Assembly (NCBI RefSeq): GCF_018350175.1
Contig: NC_058368.1
Span: 29,452,001 to 29,516,000, forward strand
Reading direction: 5' to 3'
From: Felis catus
Taxonomy: Eukaryota
DNA: 64,000 nucleotides
The position numbers and the translations under genes are program-made. Shown piece after piece: positions 22,970 to 35,679 of the stretch. The notes beneath the pieces were generated by a model. The model saw nothing but the letters and a program-made list of their open reading frames with translations, did no database searches and was not told the origin of the DNA. Every line of letters begins with the position of its first letter. The first letter of the stretch is position 1.

Positions 22970-24480
22970 AGAAGTGTTTGAATGAATGAATGAAAACCAG
23001 GTTGTTGGAAGGTCTGTTCAAAGTAGTTTATTTTACAGATCCCCTTGACTCTTCCAGATCATTTAGATAGATTTTGGAAGGTTCTGATTGTGCAGGTCTT
23101 TGAATTTGGGGTAAGTAATTAGCTGGGAGAAGAGATTTCTTGTGTTTTGATGAAATTAATTTGGTAGTAGTGTGCAGGATAAACTGGAGGATGGAAAGAT
23201 TGTGTCTTCCTATTCCTCTTCTTGCTCTCACTCACCCTTTGGGTCAGGCCTTAACTAGGGTGGTGGTGGGAGAATACAAAGGATCAGATTTTAAAAAAAG
23301 GCACATTGAAGGAAAAATTGAAGATGTCAGGAAGTAAGCATTCCTAAAAGAAATAGAGCAGTTAAAAAGCATAGACTTTTTTTTTTTTTTTTTTTTTTTG
23401 CTCCTAGGGTTGGTCAGACAGGAAACTATTATTGCCCACCTGTATGTGCATGTGTCTTTTTGAATACTAAAATTGTACATTAAGTCCAGAGACAAATTTA
23501 AGGCTGTCAGACTGCCACCCTGTGGACAGTATGAATTGTGATAAAACTTCATTCATTTGAAATTCACTATTTTAGAGCTGATTATGGTTCTTCCACATCT
23601 GTATTTGTGGGTTATGGTAATTGAAAAGTAAAATTAGTTTTCTGAGCTTTTTCAGAGGCTTTTAGAGAAGGGGAGTTTAAAATACAATCAGTTGTTTAAA
23701 GTTACAAAGAAATTAAAGAATGCTGTTTAGATACCTCTTTGCTCCAGAAATTTCCTATCAAAGAGTGTGTTTTTTAAAACATGATGGCATGTTGTAAAAT
23801 AGTCTTTTTTTCTATTGTACTAATTTTTTCATCCTATGTTATAACATGGTAGATTTTGAGAGTTCTGTTTCTTGAGAAATATGTGAAACTCCCCACCCTC
23901 CCCCTTTTCTTTGGCTAAGTGAAAGTGACCTTCCCTTCTCATTTTTTGTAGAGTTGGATTTTATTGTTAGAAGTTCTTCATGCTTTGATGAATTGCCTTA
24001 ATTGTATTTATGTAAACAATTTGGATTTTGTTCTGTATTACTTATGTAGAAGGGCAGTCTGCTCACAAATTAAACTGGTGAGCTAGTTTGCATCGAAATG
24101 AAATCATGATCGTGAAAGACTTATTTGCTCTCTGCAACTCAGGAAATGGTTCTGTCTAGAACTCTACAAAATAAAACTTTCCCAGCAGAAGAGCTGTTTA
24201 CAAGCCTAATGTTGTAAATGGCTTGTATTCCCTGAGGTGTCAGGAGGGGTGGAGTGGCCATTTAGCGCTTGAAATTTGTGTTAGCAGTAAAGCAGAATTG
24301 AGCTGAAGCAGAATTCTGAGGTCAGCAATTGTGCATGCTTTCTGAATGTGATACCCAGTCTGAGGAGAAGAATGAAGAAGTATCATCTGGACCCCCAGCC
24401 CCTTAAGTTACCTGATACTTCATCTTAGGGACCTTACATTTTGGTAATGAAGAGATTTTCAAATTGAGTGTTAATGATTT

Positions 24481-24702
24481 AAAAAAAATTTTTTTAATGT
24501 TATTCATTGTTTAGAGAGACAGAGTGCAAGTGGGGGAGGGGCAGAGAGAGAGAGGGAGACATAAAATTTGAAGCAGGCTCCAGGCTCCAAGCTGTCAGCA
24601 CAGAGCCCCATGCAGGGCTTGAACTTATGAGGCCTGAGATCATGACCTGAGCTGAAATTGGACGAAGTTAGATGCTTAACCGACTGAGCCACCCACGTGC
24701 CC
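24481..24702 (-). mobile_element. CanSINE
   Basis: Typical body; TSD tgagtgttaatgattt. Confidence 0.9.
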
Positions 24703-24857
24703 TGAGTGTTAATGATTTTAAATAATTAAATTTTCTCTGAGTTTTTCTCAAAAGTGTAGCATGACACATATACTTTAAGTTGTTTTATTTTATTTAACTT
24801 TTTCAAAGTAAATGTATGGGATTGAGGGTGACCTTTATAAATTTTTTTGCAACATGG

Positions 24858-25039
24858 TTTAAAAAGTTTATTTTATTCATTTTGAGAGAGAGAGAGAGAG
24901 GGAGGGAGAGAATCCCAAGCAGCCTGCACGCTGTCAGTAGAGAGCCTGATGTGGGGCTCGAACTCACAGACCCTGAGATCATGACCTGAGCCGAAATCAA
25001 GAGTCGGAAGCTTAATCAACTGAACTGCCCAGGCACCCC
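24858..25039 (-). mobile_element. CanSINE
   Basis: Typical body; TSD tgcaacat. Confidence 0.88.
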
Positions 25040-25171
25040 TGCAACATTTATATCTTATATTCTATAGTCGATGTATATATACTTTGTAATTTAAGTCTTC
25101 ATTTAGGTGAAGAATTACAAATGTTTACCTAGGTTTACAAGGTATATTGCTCAGTAAAAAAACTGTTAATT

Positions 25172-25390
25172 AGGGGCACCTGGGTGGCTCAGTCGGTTGA
25201 AAGGTCTGACTTCGGCCCAGGTCATGATCTCAGAGTTTGTGGGATCGAACCCCACGGGGGACTCTTTGCTGACAGCTTGGAACCTGGAGACTGCTTTGGA
25301 TTCTGTGTCTCCCTCTCTCTCTGCCCCTAACCCACTTGCATTCTGTCTCTCTCTCAAAAATAAATAAATACTAAAAAAAATTTTTTTTTA
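25172..25390 (+). mobile_element. CanSINE
   Basis: GGGGCACCTGGGTGGCTCAGTCGG head, CT tract, A-tail. Confidence 0.9.
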
Positions 25391-25831
25391 AAAAGTGTTA
25401 TTTAGATATTGTTTAAGGAAAGTAACTTTCAAAATACTTCATGGTTCATTTGCTCCTTTCCTAAGTATTGGGACAAAGAGCTAGTAAAGTTAGAGATGGA
25501 TTTATGTTTTTTAATATTGAGTGGTTTCATCATCATCATCACTTTTAAAACTATAAATGACATTAAATTTCTATAAAAAGCTTTTAGTTGGATATTTAGT
25601 CTGAACTTAAGAAACTTTGTTATTGTTCAGTGTCTGTCTTTTTATGCTAGAATGGTGACTATTTCAGGAATAATGGTAGTAAACGTTTTCTTTTACTTTT
25701 TACATCTGTAAATATAAATGTAAATTTAAGACATTTTCATAAATGTAAATATAAAACCCTTTGTTCTCTGAAAAGTAATTCCAGCCTAGGTTAGTTGAAT
25801 TTTGTTAAATAACCACTATTTCATAAGTTTC

Positions 25832-25855
25832 TGTGTGTGTGTGTGTGTGTGTGTG
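25832..25855. repeat. (TG)n microsatellite
   Basis: About 12 TG units. Confidence 0.9.
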
Positions 25856-26739
25856 CAAATTTAAAAGTTTATATATGAGTGCAGACCACTCACTATTAAA
25901 TAAATAACTTCTTTTTAAAACTTTTTTTTTTTTTTTTTGCTTTATTTTAGTTCTCTGGGAAGGTACTTAACTAGTGACTTCTACATTCAGACAGTCCTTA
26001 TAGTCTTAAATCTTTATTTGTAGTTTAATCTTTTAATTTAGTTAAAGTTTCTTTTGGACTTAAAATCCCAAGACCAGGATGCATTTCTGGTTTAGGATGT
26101 GTTGATATATTGCTTTGTGTGAAGCTTTTTATTTGTTTCCAGATTTAATTATATAATTCAAACTTCCAAAATTCTAATGGGATTTGTTTTACTATGACTT
26201 TTCTGACATCTGTGTTTATCACTGATACTCCCTTATGCCAAGAAACACAGATGACCCTATTAACTGGGAAGGATGGGGCCTTGCTACTCAATCACCCCCT
26301 GAGTAAGGCAGGCAGTCACCCCAGTTGTAAGAGCTGAAGTAGAAAGGAAGAGTGTGACAGAAAGAGATTGCCCTCAGGCGGACTCCTAGCACTGTGGGAA
26401 GGTACAGGGGTGCACAGAAGCACAGGAAGGTGCCTTCCTGATGGAAGGCAGAACATAGGCGTAAGGAATTCAAAATGCCAAGTGGGCAGTTGACATCAGG
26501 GAATTTCAGATATGAGTAGGAATGCCATTTCTTTTTTCGTTTTCCCGTGTTTTTTTGCCATTGCACATAAACCACAATTTTACTGTTCCTTAAAATCCTG
26601 CTGTCAAAGACTGTCTCGTTTCTGTTTTCAATACCTTCTAGAATGTCTTAGGTTAGTTTATGGGGAATATTTTAAGGGGGCTTTTTACCACAGGTTTGTA
26701 GGAAAACGAAAGCACATACATTTTGCATAAAAGCAAAAC

Positions 26740-27432
26740 TACATACTCATTAGAATGCCTGCTATTAAAAAAAAGACAGGAAATAACAAGTGTTGGAGAG
26801 AATATGGAGAAATTGGAGCTCTAGTGTACTGTTCATAGGAATGTAAAATGGCACAGCTACTTTGGAAAGTTTTATGGTGGTTCCTCGAAAAGTTAGAAAT
26901 AGAATTACTATATGATCCAGCATTCCCATTTATGGCTGTCTGCCCAAAGAATTAAAAGCAGAGTCTCAAAGAGACTCTGAACATCCATGTTCACAGCAAC
27001 ATTATTCACAATAGGTGAACGATGGAAATTACCTAAGTGTTCTTCAGTGGATAAACGGCTAAACAAAATGTGGTATGTACATACAGTAGAATATTTTTCA
27101 GTCTTAAAAAGGAAGGAAATTCTGCAATTTGCTACAACGTGGATGAACCTGCAGGACATGCTAAGTGAAATAAGCTAGTCACAAAAAGACACATACTGCA
27201 CGATTCCACTTATTTGTGGTATCAAAGTGTAATCAAAATCATAGAGACAAAGTAGAATGATGATTGCCAGAGGCTGGGGGAAGGGGGAGTTGGGATTTGT
27301 TTAACGGGTAGAGAGTTTCAGTTTTACAAGATGAAAAGAATTACGGAGATCAGTTGCACAACAGTGTGAATGTACCTATTGCCACTAAACTGCACACTTA
27401 AAAATAGTTAAGATGGTAAATTTTATGTACAT
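26740..27432 (+). mobile_element. L1MA/MB-like 3' fragment
   Basis: ORF 26987..27178 (MFTATLFTI..WKLPKCSS..FATTWMNL) plus L1 3'UTR ending aagatggtaaattttatgt. Confidence 0.85.
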
Positions 27433-27539
27433 TTTACTGTAGTTTTTTGTAAAGGGAAATTTGAATTTATATTTGGATGTGCAGAATGTAAGGTTATAAA
27501 AACCTCTGTAATGAGGTTGAAGTTACTAATCTGGTCGAT

Positions 27540-28680
27540 ATTCAGGTATTAGGTGCTGAGGACAGAACCATGAGAAAAGCAGATAAGATCCTCAAGAAGC
27601 TTACAGTTTAGTGTGGGAGACAGATACCAACTGAACAAGTAAAAAAGTGTGCTTGAGTGTTACACACACACCAGGGAGACAGACCCCTGACAGAGTAGGT
27701 TGAAAGGCTATACTGAAAAAGCTTCTCTAAGAAAATGACATTTAAATAGAGACCTGAAGGATGAGTAAGCAGTGGCTGGGAAAAAGCAGGGAACAAACAG
27801 AAAGGGAAGTGAGACTTGAGGGAGTAGCATTTTGCAAATGCTCCAAAGCTGGGAAAGAAAGGGTATCCTTTGGGAGATGAAAGAAGGCCCTGAGGGCTGT
27901 GATGTGTGAAAAGTGGTGGGAGGTGACAGTGGCACATATCAGATTATGTAAGGCATTGTAGGCCATGTTAAGGGGTTTGAATATTATCTTATGCAAAGAT
28001 GACAGACATTGATGAGTTTTAAACCAAAAAGTATGTTGGTGGAATGGAGTGGAAGTAAGGAGAAAAACTATGTATCTTTTCCTACAATGTGGCTTTTAAA
28101 TATGAATTACCTACTCAATCTGGTGCTTGAATGTCCAAGGGAAAAATGGTTCATTTGTATTTATTCAGATGATATATTGATTTTCAATGTGGCCTGTTGA
28201 TGTGGTGACATGTACTTAACAAATTTAAGGGGAATATCAAGGGTAATTGAACAGAGGTGATTTTCACCTTTATACTCTAACTTGGTAGTTGAAACCCTAG
28301 AAATGGATGGATTTGCCCAGGGAGAGTGTAGAGAGAGAAGGCGGCCTTCAGTGGAATCTTTAGAACCTCTACTGTTCAGTGGGAGGTACGTGGAGGCGGG
28401 GCAGAGACGACTAAGGGAAAGTAGTCCAGAATTGGGGAAAAACCAGGACAGAACATTTATCAGGTCCAACAGAACAAGTTCTGAAAGCGTTAATTGGGTT
28501 TACCTGTCTGGTCATTGACTTTAGTTAGAACAGATTTAGTAGCATAATAGTGGTAGGATTAGATTAGATTAGTATGAGTCTAAGAATGAGTGGGAAATGA
28601 AGAAATGGAATACAGATAAATCTTTGAGCAAGCTTAGCTGTGAAGGGAATGAGAAGGAATGGGAGATAGGTTTGAGGTTG
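27540..28680 (-). mobile_element. L2a-like fragments
   Basis: Purine-rich L2 motifs (gagacctgaaggatgagtaag, ggcattgtaggccatgttaagg). Confidence 0.65.
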
Positions 28681-28696
28681 TCAAAATTGGGGTTGG

Positions 28697-28894
28697 GTTT
28701 TTTGTTGTTGTTGTTGTTTGTTTTGTTTTGTTTAGAGAGAGCAAGCACAAGCAGGGGCAGAGAGAGAGAATCCCAAGCAGGCTCCACACCCAGCATGGTT
28801 CCTGACACAGGGCTTGATTCCACGACCCTGCAATCATGACCTGAGCCAAAATCAAGAGTCGGACACTTAACTGACTGAGCCACCCAGGTGTCCC
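28697..28894 (-). mobile_element. CanSINE
   Basis: Typical body with (TTG)n-derived tail. Confidence 0.88.
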
Positions 28895-29369
28895 TGTCTT
28901 TACCTACATTTAGATACTTGAGATAATTTAAGGCATATCCTTTTTTTTTTTTTTTTAAGGTTTCATCACTTTTCTTATATATTCTCTCAGCTCAACTTTA
29001 GCAGAGTCTTGAAGAATGGGGAGAAAGGATAGTGGGAAACAGTAGCAAAAATAAAAGCAGAGAGAGGTTGGTAAGTCCTGGGGACTTATTTTTCTAATTT
29101 GTAATTATCTGAATTCTTAATATGTAGCAGGTTATACACGCTCATTTTAGTATCTTTAAATTTGGGAAATGTCTGTTGAGGTGGTTCACACTAAATTCTA
29201 AAGTTCAAAATAGGAGGTTTTTAAAAAGTTTGGGATGTTATAGAAATGACATAGGATTCTACAGTGAGAATGGTTTTTAATCCTGGCTTTAAATGAGCAC
29301 ATCATGATTTTTTAGCAACTATGTGTATCCTGTATATTGTTATTTTTTGATTGGGTGATTCTTCAGATC

Positions 29370-29620
29370 AGAACTGACTCGGCTGGGGCTATATACTTAA
29401 TCTAGAGTGGCTTTGCTCACATGGCTGAGGGGCTCTCTGTGTGGCTGTCATACCTTAGTGGTGGCTGGAGGGATCCCAAGCAGCAAGAGAGGTTAAGCTC
29501 CCGTGTACCTATACTTGGTAGGCCTGTGCTTGTGTTTTGTTGTTATGTCATTGGCCAAAGCAAATCACTTGGCCAATTCCATATTTAAAGGATAGAGAAG
29601 AGGCAGAGTCATATTTCACA
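29370..29620. mobile_element. MaLR LTR (MLT1-like) fragment
   Basis: gctcacatggctg, cattggccaaagcaaatcacttggccaa motifs typical of MLT1. Confidence 0.55.
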
Positions 29621-29679
29621 CTGAGAAGTCTGAACAGTTTAGTACCTATTACTTCAGTGGTTTACTGTAAGAAGTAGAA

Positions 29680-30450
29680 GAGGTTAGCTACCTGGATATC
29701 TAACAGAAAAGGCTCCCTGGCGGTGAGAACAGGCAGTGCATAGACCTGGAGTGGAAGAATGCTTGATATGTTCCTGGGATAGCAAGGAGAGGTCAGTATG
29801 ATGAGAAGAGAGCAAGCAAGCAGGAAGTAGTAAGAGATACAATCATAGAGGTTGGGGCCAGAGTAGGATCTTATTCTTGAAGTTGTTATGAAGACTTCTA
29901 TTTTTGTGTGTGAAAAGAAGAACTACAGGAGGGTTTTGAAGCAGGAGAGTGATATAACCTGACTTGTCTTTTTAAATAGGTTACTTCTGGCTGCTGCTTT
30001 GAGAGTATGTTGTAGGGAAAGAAGAATAGAAGCAGGAAGACTCTGAAGTGATGCAGATGAGAGCGGAAGGTGGTTTGCAGCGTGAGAGTAGCAATGAAGT
30101 TGAATGATTTTCGGATTTTATATATGTTTTGAAGATTGAACCAACAGGATTTTTTCGACAGGTTGGATATGACTAGAGGACTGAAAGAAGAGTCAGTGGC
30201 CAAGGTTTTTGTTGTGAGCAGCTAGAAGTGTTGAATCTCTACCAAGACAACTGGAGACAACTGGGTAGAGTAGGTTTTGGAGGGAAGATCAGGAATTCAG
30301 ATTTGGATGAGGTAAGTTTGAAAAGTCTATTAGACATTTGAATGGAGTTGTCAAGTTGGATAGAAGAATCTGGAGTTCAAGAGCAAGACCTGGAGATAGA
30401 AATTTGAGAACATTGAAATACTGAGAGCGTTGTGTGAGTCCAAGAAATAT
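29680..30450 (-). mobile_element. L2 fragment
   Basis: ggttttgaagcaggagagtgatataacctgactt, atcaggaattcagatttgga, ctggagttcaagagcaagacctgg motifs. Confidence 0.7.
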
Positions 30451-32224
30451 TTTCTGAAATGATCGTAGATCTAAAATACTTTTAAGTTTTAAAGTTTTCA
30501 TTTGTACCAGTGATATGGTTTCAAGTAGGGAAGAAGAGCAGCAGAGCAGTTTAGCTACAGCTAAAGTGTATCCTTTGTGATGGTAGTAAAATAAGAGTTT
30601 AAAGAAGTCACTAATTGTTCCATGTGTACAGTATTGTGAAATATAAAGCCTGTAGGCTAAGTATCTCATTTGAATATTCCTTTTTACTGAAACAATTACC
30701 AGTTTGTTTCTAATTATTTAGAATTAGCTTATTGACAGAAGGTTGTGTAAGTAAAAGCCTGAGAGGGACAGAAGACCAAAAGTTGAGGGAAAGGGCCCTA
30801 TTTGGATAATCAGTTCTACTCTATTGGGAGTTTTTCTTTTTTCTCTCCTTCTCTCTCCATGCCTCTCTCTCTGTTTAATTGTATTCATTGTCTATTAACA
30901 CAATGAGATGTTCAGGTGTGAGCATGGGGACTAACCCAGAAACTGTGATTTCTTAATGAATATAAAGTTTACTGTTCTTGCCTTGATCCCCAAATAGGGC
31001 TGCCAGACCCAGCCTTAACCAACCTATTCAGAGATATCAGTCCATTCAGGAAAGTGAGGAAAAGGCCTTGCTTTTTGTGTAATTTAGACTTCTACAGAAA
31101 TGACCTGAGAATGGTTTGTTTTGTGTGGAAGAGAAAAAACAGATTTATCATTGAGCCAATATTTAGTTGACTTCCAAATGTTTTCATTCAGCAAATATTT
31201 ATTACAGAACTATTGTGGGTCAGGAATGCTATCAGGCTAAAATATGTGACCAGTGAGACATGTAAACAAGTGATTTAAAAACAACAACAACAACGATATG
31301 TTCTTCACCAGTTATTCCAGCAGAGTAGTCAGGAAGAGTTATGAAGGAAATCAGTTCATCTTTAAGTCCCAAAACCTGTCAGAGTGCTTTGTACAACAGT
31401 ACGTAAATGTTTATGTGAATACCTAAACAATGTGATGCATGCATCTATCAGACAATTTTTAAAATACAGAGTGAGGCTCAAAGGGACCAATTCTTTCTTG
31501 TAGTGATGGAGAGAGGGGCTTTGCAGGAGATTTACTTGGTGGGGAAGGCCAGCAAATATGGAGGTAGAAAGCATGACATGCTCTGAATTAAGCTCAGCAA
31601 AGCTGGATTGTGGGTGTTTGTTGGGAGGTGGAAAGGCCACAAGTGAGGCTACAATAAGGTAGACCAAAGTCAAGATGCAAAAATATCTTATATTAGAATT
31701 TATTCTGTGGGCACTAGTAGGCTATTGAAAGTTTTGTTTTTTTAATAGGAATATTAAGAGGTAGGATTTATGAGAAATTCCTTTTTTAAAAAGGATCATT
31801 CTTGAATTGGGAAATCAAATGTTGATACAATTTTTAAAGGTATAAACATATATACTGGAAGTGAGTATAGCTAATAAGTTATATCATTTATGGTACAATC
31901 TGTTTTATCCCTTTCAGATAACATATATTATCTTAATGTAGGTACAAACTAGGTTAGGTAGTTAAACTTACACTGAGGGAATGAAAATATGCAGGATGGC
32001 ATTGGTTGGTTTCTGGAAGAGAAATAACCTATTTTTGCTTCATGAAATTATTGCAAACCTTACTTTTTCTGGTATTTAATCTTTTTAAACCTATTTTGAA
32101 GTGATTTTAGGCTTACAGAAGAATTGCATAAATAGTACAGAGCTTCTCTATGTTCTTCATCCAGCTTCTACTAATGTTAATGTCATACACAGTCACATTA
32201 CAGCTATCAAAACTAAGAAATCAA

Positions 32225-32415
32225 GGGGCGCCTGAGTGGCTCAGATGGTTGAGCATCCAACTCTTGATTTCGGCTAAGGTCATGATCTTATGGTTGAGAG
32301 ATCCAGCTAGGAGTCAGAATACTTGCTGAGTGTGGAGCCTGCTTAAGATTCTGTCTCTCCCCTTCTCCATCTGCCCCTCCCCCATGTTTGCTCTCAAAAC
32401 AAAACAAAACCCAGA
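32225..32415 (+). mobile_element. CanSINE
   Basis: GGGGCGCCTGAGTGGCTCAG head, CT tract, (AAAAC)n tail. Confidence 0.88.
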
Positions 32416-32521
32416 AACTTAAGAAACTAAGATTGGTAGAATACTATAAACCTTACTAGGATTTTTCGTAGTTTTTCTACTGATGTCTTTTTTCTGTTCC
32501 AGGATGTGTTGCACTTAGTTG

Positions 32522-32697
32522 TCTTTGTTTTTTTGAGAGAGGGGGTGCAAGTGAGCGAGGGGTGTGGGGAGAAAGGGGAGAAGCGGGGCTCACGCGAAGC
32601 AGGGCTCAAGCTCACCCTATGTGGTACTTGAACTCACTGTGAGATCATGACCTGAGCCGAAGTCAGATGCTTAATGACTGAGCCACCCAGCTGCCCT
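32522..32697 (-). mobile_element. CanSINE
   Basis: Reverse head gactgagccacccagctgccc. Confidence 0.85.
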
Positions 32698-32912
32698 GCA
32701 TTTAATTGTTGTGTCTTCTTAATTCTCTCAAATCTCTGATGGTTTCTTGTCTTTTTTTTTTTTTGACTCTGACATTTTCAGACTATCAGGCAGATATTTT
32801 GTAGAATGTCCCTCAGTTTGACTTTGTCTTTTGTCTTCTATTCTCTCATGGTCAGGGACTGGAGTAATGACTTTTTGGACTTTGGGGTTTTAAACAAATT
32901 GTTTAATTTTAC

Positions 32913-33138
32913 TTTTTTTTATATTTATTTTTATTTATTTTTGAGAGAGAGAGTGAGAGCGTGCACAAGCAGAAGGGCAGAGAGAGAGAGAGAGGGAGGG
33001 AAACACAGAATCTGAAGTAGGCTCCAGGCTGTGAGCTCTCAGCACAGAGCCTGATGCAGGGCTCAAACCCCTGAACGTGTGAGATCATGACCTGAGGCAA
33101 AGTCAGAGGCTTAACTGAATGAGCCACCCAGGTGACCC
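32913..33138 (-). mobile_element. CanSINE
   Basis: Typical body; TSD aattgttt.atttt. Confidence 0.9.
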
Positions 33139-33214
33139 AATTGTTTCATTTTTAAAATTATAGAGTAAAATTGGCCTTTAAAAATTATTTTTTGGGAGCA
33201 ACATATATCGGGTC

Positions 33215-33401
33215 TTGTTTTTTTTTTTTTTTAAGTTTATTTTGATAGAGTGAGTGTGGGGGAGGGGCAGAGAGAGAGAATCTCAAGCAGGCTCTGTGCT
33301 CACAGCACCCTGATATGGGGCTCAAACTCATGAGCCGTGAGTTCGTGACCTGAGCTGAAATCTAGTTAGACACTTAACCTACTGAGCCACCCAGGTGCCC
33401 C
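33215..33401 (-). mobile_element. CanSINE
   Basis: Typical body with poly-T tail. Confidence 0.88.
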
Positions 33402-33809
33402 CCCACCTTTTTTTTTTTTTAAATCAGGATGTAGAACAATTCCATCCCCCCTCAAAACTCCCTCATGCTCTCTCATTATAGTCACATCCTACCCCTGATC
33501 AATGCCCCTGCAACCACTGATAAGTTCTCCAACATTATACTTTGATATTTCAGAGAATGTCATATATTTGGAATCCTAGAGTATGTAACCTTTTGACAAT
33601 GGCTTCTTTGACTCCTCATAATGTTTTTGAGAGTCATCCAAGTTGTGTTTATCAATAGTTCATTCCGTTTTATTGCTGATTATAAATGTACTTCTAGTAT
33701 GTTATCTCCTCTCCTCCTGTTTTTTGATAAATAATTGAGAACACATCATGTGTCCTCCTGGTATTATAATAAGCAATTTAAGTGAGTTTTTTGGTGAAAT
33801 AGGGATTAG

Positions 33810-33930
33810 CATGATCCTTTTTACAGAAGTAAAAACATAGGCACAGAGAGTTTAAATATGACTACAATTAGTTAATAGTGGAGCTGGGACCGAACCCAGG
33901 TCACCTACTCTAAAGCCCGTGCTTTGGACT
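33810..33930. mobile_element. MIR fragment
   Basis: ttttacagaagtaaaaacataggcacagagag...agctgggaccgaacccaggtc core. Confidence 0.65.
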
Positions 33931-34350
33931 ACATGGCTAGTTGCTAATGTCGGTTTTTTCATTTCTTGATTTTGACCAGCAGTACAATTAGAAATTGAAG
34001 TTCGTGTTCCTTTAACATATCCTAAAGTTCCCCTTTTTTGTTTATAGTTATTTTTATTAAAGAGCAAAAATGATAGAATGTAATTTTTTTTCACATTGGT
34101 GGGTTATAATATTTAGGGCTAAGCATTCTGTGATTTAGTCCTAAGCAGAAAGTCATGCCAAGTAAGTCATCAGTCCACAAGCAATTATGAATTAACTTTG
34201 AGTTCATCTGTTTATGGGAATTAAAGCCGTAATACTAAGCTTTTTCTTAATCTCTTTGTAAACAGGATCTTTAATTTGTGTTAGATAATAAATATTATAT
34301 AAAAATAGAGTCTAAATAGTGTAAATCAGGCTATTTTAAAATAAGTTTGC

Positions 34351-34561
34351 TTTTTTTTTTTAATGTTTATTTTAGTTTTGAGACAGAGACAGAGAATGAG
34401 TGGGGGAGGGGCAGAGAGAGAGGGAGACACAGAATCCCAAGCAGGCTCCAGGCTCTGAGCTGTCAGCACAGAGCCCGACACAGGGCTCGAGGCCACAAAC
34501 AGTGAGATCATGATCTGAACTGAAGTTGGACGCTCAACCGACTGAGCCACCCAGGCACCCC
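34351..34561 (-). mobile_element. CanSINE
   Basis: Typical felid body. Confidence 0.9.
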
Positions 34562-34905
34562 AAGAGGTTTGCTTTCTACCATAATCTTAAACTTTACTAA
34601 TGGCAAAAGGTGTCTTTTTCTTTTCTCTTTTTAAAGAGCATGGAGGTTTGGGGTATTAGCGATAAGTTTTTTGAACTTGTGCTAAAAGCCCATTTGCTTA
34701 AATATTCTCCTGCCATAGGATTAAAAAAAAAAAAAAAAGTTTCCAAAATATTGGTATCGGGTTTCTTGTGTTTTTAAAAATATCTTATTAGTGAACTGAC
34801 ATAAATGTAATTGAATTTTGGGGGTAATTATAAAAATTTCCAGTTACTCTGAGTATCTGGTAATTTTATGTATTCAGTTAAGTAAAAGTTTGATGAGGAG
34901 ACTTC

Positions 34906-35099
34906 TTTATTTTTTTAAATTTATTTATTTATATTTGAGAGAGCAGCAGAGGGGCAGAGAGAGGGAGAGAGAGAATCTTAAGCAGACTGTGTGCCAGCGC
35001 AGAGCTTGGTGTTGGGCTCCATCCCACGAACGGTGAGATCCTCACCTGAGACAAAATCAAGAGCTGGATGCTCAACCGACTGAGCCACCCGGGCAATCC
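34906..35099 (-). mobile_element. CanSINE
   Basis: Typical body; TSD aggagactt. Confidence 0.88.
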
Positions 35100-35470
35100 A
35101 GGAGACTTATTTCTTAAATGTAGCCTGGTTGTGATTTTTGTTCTCCACTCTTCAAACTTCTGTCCACAGTCACAGTCGGTCGTACAAGCTGCAGGGTATG
35201 GTTCCTGCTCTTGAATGGGTTACCAGTTTATCGATGTATAGATAGACTTGTACAAAATTAACTGCAATACAAAATGGAATGTTCTTGGCAATAGAAATGG
35301 CACTGCCTTTCTTAAAGAAGCTCTCCCTTCCCCTCTCAAATCTGTTCTTGACTCATTCACAAGTTTCTCACCTTTCAATCTCTGTTAAATTCCCTGTAAT
35401 CTGATGTTTTACTTATCTTTTTTTTTTTTTTTTTCCTATCATAGCATGAAAACAAAGTTAACAGTGATGT

Positions 35471-35675
35471 GGGGCGCCTGGGTGGCTCAGTTAGCTAAGC
35501 ATCTTGACTTCAGCTCAGGTCATGATCTCACAACTCATGGGTTTGAGCCCCGCATCAAGCTCTCTGCTGTCAGTGCAGAACCTGCTTCGATTCCTGTCTC
35601 CCTCTCTCTCTGCCCTTCCCCAGCTCATGCTTTCTCTGTCTTAAAAAATAAATTAAAACATCAGAAAAAAAAAAA
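35471..35675 (+). mobile_element. CanSINE
   Basis: Typical body; TSD ttaacagtga. Confidence 0.9.
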
Positions 35676-35679
35676 TTAA

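Larger units (their letters stand above)
32085..32870 (-). mobile_element. L1MC/MD-like 3' end interrupted by two SINEs
   Basis: ttttaggcttacagaagaattgcataaatagtacagag..., ttttgtagaatgtccctcagtttg motifs. Confidence 0.6.
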
